A stretch of DNA of 12,542 nt, taken from contig CAYXSZ010000082.1 in NCBI GenBank assembly GCA_964468425.1, forward strand, positions 1 through 12,542, read 5' to 3'. Made by a program: the position numbers and the translations under genes. The notes below the pieces were generated by a model. The model had not been told where the DNA came from and ran no database searches. It worked only from the letters and a program-made list of their open reading frames with translations. The stretch comes from Candidatus Woesearchaeota archaeon (GTDB lineage Archaea > Nanobdellota > Nanobdellia > Nanobdellales > Nanobdellaceae). Positions 11,705 to 12,542 of this stretch are shown in pieces (positions within the stretch are counted from its first letter, which is position 1; each line of letters opens with the position of its first letter).

Positions 11705-12542
11705 AATTTGATAATATCTTAAGATATACTCTTTATTGAGGTAATACATGCTAATGATTTTAGATAAGCTGTTGTAATCGCTAATTCCCATTTGATAAAG
11801 CTTCCACAGTAGCTTTCTGCGGAGATCCCACTCCCTCCAAAGTTCCTCGATTGGAATTCCGTACTCCTTTGAAATTTTTTCAAAAACTATTGAAACCGAG
11901 TTCATTTCGAAGCCATGTTGAAAAGGATTCCACCGAAAGATCCAATTATATTCTTTGTAGCTCTTTATTTCATCTACTTCTTTCAAACGGCGAATGTTTT
12001 TACCCATTTCAACGTCGTGCTGCATTATAGCTACGATGTCTAGAAGTTCCAGAAGAACTTTTGGAAGGTCTATTGGATGAGTTGTAAGCCTTTCTACGAG
12101 TGCCTTGACTGAGGTAGCGTGCATGGTCGTCAAAGCAGCGTGACCTGAAGCCATTCCCTGGAACATTACATATGCTTCTTGCCCTCTAACCTCTCCGACG
12201 ATGATATAATCTGGATTTTGCCTAAAAGACTCTTTTAGCAGTAAAAACATATCTATCTCTCTTTCCTTGTCTTGAGAGTACCTTACGATGGCTGGGATCC
12301 AGTTTTCATGATAAAGTTGAATTTCCCTCGTGTCTTCGATTGAAACAATTCTAGAGGCGGGAGGAATGAACATTGCGATGGCGTTGAGCAAAGTCGTCTT
12401 TCCAGAGGCAGTTCCACCGATTATTATGATATTTCTCTTATATTGGATCGCCAACCAAAAAAATGCAAGAATTTCCGGGGTTATTGTTCGAAGGCGAATG
12501 AGATCTATCGGAGTCCATGGGATTTCCCTAAACTTTCTTATA
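11699..12542 (-). CDS. type II/IV secretion-family ATPase of the archaeal FlaI(ArlI)/PilB type, 5'-truncated by the window edge
   Basis: Walker A GGTASGKTTLLNA, Asp-box region SIEDTREI, Walker B/arginine region IIVGEVRGQEA, His box ALTTMHA, and a FlaI-type C-terminal helical tail. The track start at 12454 is a TTG. The frame stays open upstream to the edge (IRKFREIPWTPIDLIRLRTITPEILAFFW-LAIQYK...), and that sequence is typical of the region before Walker A, so the gene continues beyond 12542. Confidence 0.85.
   Translation of the reverse strand, partial: IRKFREIPWTPIDLIRLRTITPEILAFFWLAIQYKRNIIIIGGTASGKTTLLNAIAMFIPPASRIVSIEDTREIQLYHENWIPAIVRYSQDKEREIDMFLLLKESFRQNPDYIIVGEVRGQEAYVMFQGMASGHAALTTMHATSVKALVERLTTHPIDLPKVLLELLDIVAIMQHDVEMGKNIRRLKEVDEIKSYKEYNWIFRWNPFQHGFEMNSVSIVFEKISKEYGIPIEELWREWDLRRKLLWKLYQMGISDYNSLSKIISMYYLNKEYILRYYQIS

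Noticed and set aside
1-12542. CRISPR arrays, IS elements, integrases or prophage remnants, tRNA and rRNA genes
   Set aside because: I found no regularly spaced direct repeats other than the 22-nt sRNA module duplication. I saw no transposase or integrase motifs, no terminal inverted repeats, no cloverleaf-compatible segments and no T-loop (GTTCRANYC) signatures. The gene content is housekeeping rather than a mobile or defence island.

Overview
This is an archaeal chromosomal segment. It is AT-rich (mid to upper 30s % GC, judged by eye, not computed) and its proteins are rich in K/E/I, as in thermophiles. It is extremely compact: by my coordinates only about 340 of 12,542 nt lie outside ORFs, many genes share start and stop nucleotides, and TATA-like A/T boxes sit about 25 nt from start codons, which suggests leaderless mRNAs. 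The minus-strand string 6269->139 encodes a CcdA/DsbD-type thiol-disulfide transporter, a secreted CPHC thioredoxin-fold protein, a small atypical kinase-like protein, full-length Hef (helicase plus XPF nuclease plus HhH2), then, after an internal promoter-like gap, seryl-tRNA synthetase and a DUF86/HEPN protein. Next come a NOL1/NOP2/Sun m5C RNA methyltransferase, an intergenic C/D box sRNA, ribosomal protein uS11 divergent from eL31 plus a MOFRL glycerate kinase, and a GC-rich hairpin that may be an H/ACA-like sRNA. The window ends with two tandem paralogous proteins of unknown function, a small Toprim protein, protein-L-isoaspartate O-methyltransferase, and a FlaI/PilB-type secretion ATPase whose 5' end runs off the right edge. 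I saw no CRISPR array, transposase, integrase, tRNA or rRNA. The items most worth follow-up are: (1) the C/D sRNA, which is preceded by a tandemly duplicated C-box/guide/D' module; (2) the translationally coupled pair of unknown paralogs at 9655-10676; (3) an orphan HEPN gene coupled to serS by a TAATG overlap; (4) the GC-rich hairpin with H/ACA-like geometry on the minus strand; (5) single A/T elements placed equidistant between divergent start points. Family calls rest on motifs read by eye. No database search was possible.
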